Of a DNA stretch of 64,000 bases, positions 59,476 through 64,000 are shown piece after piece. The position numbers and the translations under genes were made by a program. The first letter of the stretch is position 1, and every line of letters starts with the position of its first letter. This stretch comes from Anaerohalosphaeraceae bacterium (GTDB taxonomy: Bacteria; Planctomycetota; Phycisphaerae; Sedimentisphaerales; Anaerohalosphaeraceae), in assembly GCA_963675525.2 (NCBI GenBank), contig CAXXSL010000005.1, positions 64,001 through 128,000 on the forward strand, read 5' to 3'. The notes under the pieces were generated by a model. It made no database searches and was not told the DNA's origin. It was given only the letters and a program-made list of their open reading frames with translations.

Positions 59476-60147
59476 AAAACTTTGGTCGGTTTGATGCACG
59501 AACGGCGCTTTATATTGCACTTATTGTTTCACTTATTGTGAATTCAGGGTGCGATATTTTCGGTTTTCTGGTGTCGCCCGGCGTGTTTGAACAAAAAGTG
59601 ACACCCGAATATGACTTGTTGGCACAGCAGAATCGTAAGATTTTACTGTGGGTGGAATGTCCCCATTCTGCGAGTGCGGATCATGATGTCAAAGACAAAT
59701 TGACGGCGGCCTATTTGCTTTATCTGACAGAGATAGTCAAAATTCCATCTGAAAATATTCTGTTGCATCAACCTGTGGCGGAAACTGCCCTGATTCAGGA
59801 CCCGGTCCAGATTGCTCGTGATTTGAACGCGGGTTATGTTTTTGCTCGTCCAGGTACATGACTATGAAATGCTGCCATTGAGTATGAAAAATTATTATTC
59901 CGGAGAAATGATTACCCGGTCTGTTCTGATGGACACGGATCTTGGGATTTCCGTGTGGCCCCGCAATCCGTCCGGGAAAATAATTCATGTCGGTGTGGAC
60001 ATGGAAACAAAAGGACGCGATGCCGCTTTAAGCCGGCTTGTTTCTGCAACGGTCCATTGTACCTTGCGGTATCTTTACCCTTGTGAAAAACTAAAATTTA
60101 AAGTGATGGATGAACGAATTTCGATTCAGGATACTTTTGAAATATAA
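59430..60147 (+). CDS. Hypothetical lipoprotein (start uncertain, frameshift near 59840)
   Basis: IALIVSLIVNSG|C lipobox-like; continues in the frame ending at 60147. Confidence 0.5.
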
Positions 60148-60168
60148 CTGTGTTAGGAGAGGTATTGT

Positions 60169-61758
60169 ATGTACAAAATATTGATTTCGGATAAATTGGC
60201 CAAAGAGGGCATCGATTTAATTAATGCGACAGAAGGCTTCGAGGCCGTAGTGAAAACGGGCATGAGCGAAGATGAACTCATAACGGTTATCGGTGAGTAT
60301 GACGGTCTGATCATTCGCAGTGCGACAAAGGTGACGGCTAAGGTTCTGGAAAAGGCCGGCAATCTCAAAGGCATCGCACGGGCCGGTGTTGGAGTGGACA
60401 ACATTGATATTCCCGCAGCGACACAAAAGGGTATTTTGGTGATGAACACACCGGGCGGCAATACGCTCAGTGCCGCCGAACATACAATGGCGCTGATGCT
60501 TGCATTGAGTCGTAATGTAGTGCCGGCCTGTTCCAGTCTCAAAGAGGGTGCCTGGGATCGAAAGAAATATACCGGTAACCAGTTGAACGGCAAAGTCCTG
60601 GGCTTGATCGGTTTGGGGCGTATCGGTATGGCCGTGGCCAAAATGGCAACCGGTTTTAATATGAAGGTTTTGGGATACGATCCGTTCGCCGCCCCTCAGG
60701 AGGCTGCGCAATTGGGAATTGAAGTGACCGAGGACATTGAGCGTATCTACCGCGAAGCCGACTTCCTGAGTCTGCATATTCCTCGCAATGAGCAGACCAC
60801 GAATATGATCGCCACGAAACAACTGAAGATGATGAAGCCAACATGCCGGATCGTCAACTGTGCCCGCGGCGGGATCATTAACGAAGACGATCTTTATAAT
60901 GCGTTGAATGCCGGAGTCATTGCGGGTGCGGCAATTGATGTGTTTTCAAAAGAACCGCCGGATAATATGGGTTTCCAAAATTGCCCGACCTGTCTGGTGA
61001 CGCCGCATCTGGGTGCCAGCACCGAAGAAGCCCAGATCGAAGTGGCTGTGGAGGCGGCTCAGATACTGTGTGACGCGATCAAAGGTGGTCCGATCAGCAA
61101 TGCTCTGAATGCTCCGGCCAGCAGCGGCGGCGTTTCGCCGATTGTTTGTCATTATGCCGAACTGGCACAGCGCATTGGCACGGTGATGAGTACGTTGGCT
61201 CCGGGACATATCAAGGGCGTCAAGATTGAGTTCCGAGGTTCTATTGCCAACAAGCCGACTGATTCGGTTGCGACGGCGTTTACCATCGGCCTGCTTCAAC
61301 CCCATTTTGATACGGTGATTAATATGGTTAATGCGCCGGTTGTTGCCAAGCAGCGGGGCATCAGCATCGACCAGACCAAGAATGAGGACATCAAGGACCT
61401 TGAGTCCAGCTTTACGGCTAGGGTAACCACCGACAAGGTAACCCGTACGATATGCGGGACTGTTTTTGGCGGTTGTTTGTTGCGGATTATTGACATTGAC
61501 GGTTTTGGGATCGAGGTGACCCCCGAAGATACGATGGTTGTTATCTTTAACGATGACAAGCCGGGCGTTATCGGGTCCGTTGGTAAAGTCTTAGGCGAAC
61601 ATGGCATCAATATTAATACGATGGGCGTCGGACATAAGCTCGATGAAGGCAAGGCGATTCTGGCTGTAAGCCTGGACAAAACGCCGGACGAAAAAGCGTC
61701 TGCCGAACTGGCGGGTCTGGATTTTGTTAACGAGATGTATGTTTGCAAACTTCGGTAA
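60169..61758 (+). CDS. serA: D-3-phosphoglycerate dehydrogenase (type I, ASB plus ACT domains)
   Basis: RAGVGVDNID, MNTPGGNT.SAAEH, GLGRIG, NCARGG, PHLGASTEEAQ, DKPGVIG. Confidence 0.97.
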   Translation: MYKILISDKLAKEGIDLINATEGFEAVVKTGMSEDELITVIGEYDGLIIRSATKVTAKVLEKAGNLKGIARAGVGVDNIDIPAATQKGILVMNTPGGNTLSAAEHTMALMLALSRNVVPACSSLKEGAWDRKKYTGNQLNGKVLGLIGLGRIGMAVAKMATGFNMKVLGYDPFAAPQEAAQLGIEVTEDIERIYREADFLSLHIPRNEQTTNMIATKQLKMMKPTCRIVNCARGGIINEDDLYNALNAGVIAGAAIDVFSKEPPDNMGFQNCPTCLVTPHLGASTEEAQIEVAVEAAQILCDAIKGGPISNALNAPASSGGVSPIVCHYAELAQRIGTVMSTLAPGHIKGVKIEFRGSIANKPTDSVATAFTIGLLQPHFDTVINMVNAPVVAKQRGISIDQTKNEDIKDLESSFTARVTTDKVTRTICGTVFGGCLLRIIDIDGFGIEVTPEDTMVVIFNDDKPGVIGSVGKVLGEHGININTMGVGHKLDEGKAILAVSLDKTPDEKASAELAGLDFVNEMYVCKLR

Positions 61759-61841
61759 CAGACAGGTTATCAAAAGCCCGAGCGGTCCGTCAGACGTTTC
61801 GATGTGCCGGACCGCTCGGATTGTATTCAGGAAGTGATGGG

Positions 61842-63670
61842 ATGACTGCCCGAAAGATAAAAGAAGAGAAACAAATGAGTTTCGGTTTTGATCTGGAGGT
61901 CGAATCCCAGCCGTCAACGGCCGGCAGCAAGACATCTGTCAAATCGAAAAAGAAGGTTTCCCGAAAAGCCACTCCTCCCCGAGAAAAAAAAAGATCATCA
62001 AGGAAGAAAATTGACATGGAAGTTGAGACCCCGATAGAAGCGGCAGAACCTGTTGTTCCTAAAAAACGTTCTCAAAAAACAGTTGCCGCCACCGCTGAAT
62101 CCATGGCGGCCAAGCAGCGTGACATCAGTGTGAGCGAATTTTTTGCCAAGAATCGTCACTTGTTAGGGTTTGATAATCCGCGTAAAGCACTGCTGACGGC
62201 CGTGAAGGAAGCGGTGGACAATTCGCTCGATGCCTGTGAGGAAGCGCATATTCTGCCGGATATTATCATTGATATTAAGCCCGTTGAAAAGACAGATAAC
62301 AAGTTCAGGCTGACCATCAGGGATAATGGCCCCGGGATTGTGCCCAAACAGGTTCCGAATATTTTTGCCCGGCTGCTTTACGGCAGTAAATTTCATACGT
62401 TGAAAATGAGCCGCGGCCAGCAGGGCATCGGCATTAGCGCCGCGGGAATGTATGGCTTGCTGACAACCGGTGAACCGGTACAGATCATCACCCGCACAAA
62501 TAAAAAAAATCCCGCTCGTCATTATCACGTCCAGATCGATACGACGAAAAACAGGCCTGAAGTCATTAGTGACGAAGAATGTGAATTTGACCTGCCGACC
62601 GGAACCAGCGTGACCATTACGCTTGAAGGTAAGTACCTCAAGGGCAAGCAAAGTGTCGATGAGTATGTCGCCCAGACGGCGATGGCCAATCCGCATACGA
62701 CCATTATCTATCATGCGCCGGGGGGAGAAACAAACGAATATCTTCGCCAGTCTCACGAGTTGCCGTTCATTCCGGCGGAAATCAAACCGCACCCCTATGG
62801 TGTGGAATTGGGCGTTCTTTTTAAGATGGCCCGTGAAAGCGGCAGCAGGACATTGGCGGATTTTCTGCGAAGTGACTTCTCGCGTGTCAGCCCGAGGCTG
62901 GGTGCTGAAATTGTCAAGAAAGCAAAAATCTCTTCACGTTTGAAACCCCAGAAAATTACGCTGAAAGAAGCCGAAAGACTGCATGAAGCCATCAATTCGA
63001 CCAAGATAATGGCTCCGCCGACAGATTGTGTAGGTCCGATCGGAGAAGAAAAAATGATTGAAGGGCTTGCCCGTGTTGTCGAGGCAAATTTTTATACAAG
63101 CTGCACCCGCAAGCCGTCAGTTTATCGCGGCAATCCTTTTATTGTTGAGGCGGCCCTGGCTTTTGGATGTAAAGATTTGCAGAAAAAGGAAGATGACGAC
63201 AAAGAACCCTTGATGCGGCTGGTTCGGTTTGCTAACCGTGTTCCCCTGCTATATCAGCAGTCCGCCTGCGCTACGCATAAATCCGTTCTTGAGACAAACT
63301 GGCGAAACTATGGACTGAGCCAGAGCCGCGGGGCACTGCCTTCGGGATCGATGATGCTGATGGTTCATGTTGCATCCGTTTGGGTGCCGTTTACCTCAGA
63401 GAGCAAGGAGGCGGTGGCGCATTATCCGGAAATCATCAAGGAACTGAAGCTGGCGATCCAGGAATGTGGCCGAAAACTGGGAATGCATGTTCGCAAGCAA
63501 AAGAAGATCAAAGATGAACTGATCAAACGCAGTTATATTGAAACGTATCTGCCCCATATCAGCCAGGCCCTGAAGGATATTTTAACGCTGCAGGACCGGC
63601 AGATTGGGTAACCTAAAAACTCGAAGACAATTTAAAGAATATACTCGAACGGACCCGTTCACTGCCGTAA
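61842..63670 (+). CDS. top6B: DNA topoisomerase VI subunit B (apparent frameshift near 63605; C-terminus likely ends at 63670)
   Basis: ISVSEFFAKNRHLLGF, KEAVDNSLDA, DNGPGI, GSKFH..SRGQQGIGISAA, KPHPYG, RFANRVPLLY, PFTSESKEA. Confidence 0.92.
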
Positions 63671-63686
63671 CCATAGAGAGGAAAGC

Positions 63687-64000
63687 ATGGCCAGGGAAGA
63701 AGAACAAATTTTAGTGATTGAACGGAAAAAAATCGAAACAATAGGCCTGTTCCATGGCTTGATGCTTGATGTGCAGCCGTATCTGGAGGTGGTGTTCAGT
63801 GGTATTCCGGAGTTTAAGCTCCGCAAAGAGATGGAAACCAACCCCGATTACAAGCAATTGATCCCCTATGTCATTATGTGTTGTAACGGCAAATATCTGA
63901 CTTATCTGCGCGGCAAGCGAGCCGGTGAGAAGCGGCTTGTCGGCAACCGATCAATCGGTATCGGCGGGCATATCAATCCGGTTGACGATATGTCACTGAT
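63687..64000 (+). CDS. Predicted NUDIX-family phosphoesterase, 3' partial
   Basis: MAREEEQILVIER..ETNPDYKQLIPYVI..YLRGKRAGEKRL..SIGIGGHINP. Confidence 0.8.
   Translation, partial: MAREEEQILVIERKKIETIGLFHGLMLDVQPYLEVVFSGIPEFKLRKEMETNPDYKQLIPYVIMCCNGKYLTYLRGKRAGEKRLVGNRSIGIGGHINPVDDMSL

Overview
Bacterial chromosomal window. Gene content (dockerin-like C-terminal motif, DUF1573, topoisomerase VI B, multi-pseudopilin cluster) suggests an anaerobic Planctomycetota (Phycisphaerae-like) organism; this is an inference. Blocks: (1) 1-21.3 kb: siroheme-dependent (Ahb) heme pathway (hemB, hemC, ahbB, HemX/CcsA-like, hemA, ahbD, ahbC, hemL, cobA-hemD, ahbA, precorrin-2 dehydrogenase) surrounding an unusual nqrABCDEF operon. 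Its NqrA retains two RnfC-type 4Fe-4S motifs, and it runs into ResB/CcsA cytochrome c biogenesis genes. (2) 21.3-33.7 kb: putative sugar/polyol catabolic cluster linking a DeoR regulator and a 2-oxoacid-dehydrogenase-type E1/E2/E3 complex with a PHP-like protein, an SrlD-like SDR and two zinc dehydrogenases. (3) 33.7-35.5 kb: truncated RHS toxin, probable immunity gene and orphan fragment, delimited by palindromic sites. (4) 37.5-55.4 kb: T4P/T2SS hybrid cluster (2 PilB, PilT, 2 PilC, 8 prepilin-like genes including a 1175-aa GspK-like protein). It is followed by a REP-flanked GIY-YIG pseudogene bracketed by a synonymous-variant duplication of the last gene's 3' end. (5) 56-64 kb: hypothetical proteins, IMPase, DUF2752, lipoprotein, serA, top6B and a NUDIX-like phosphoesterase. 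Intergenic regions carry several families of small palindromic repeats, some nested. Dense indel patches (about 21.9-26.3 kb and 56.2-59.9 kb) look like sequencing/assembly errors. No CRISPR, rRNA or tRNA was recognised.
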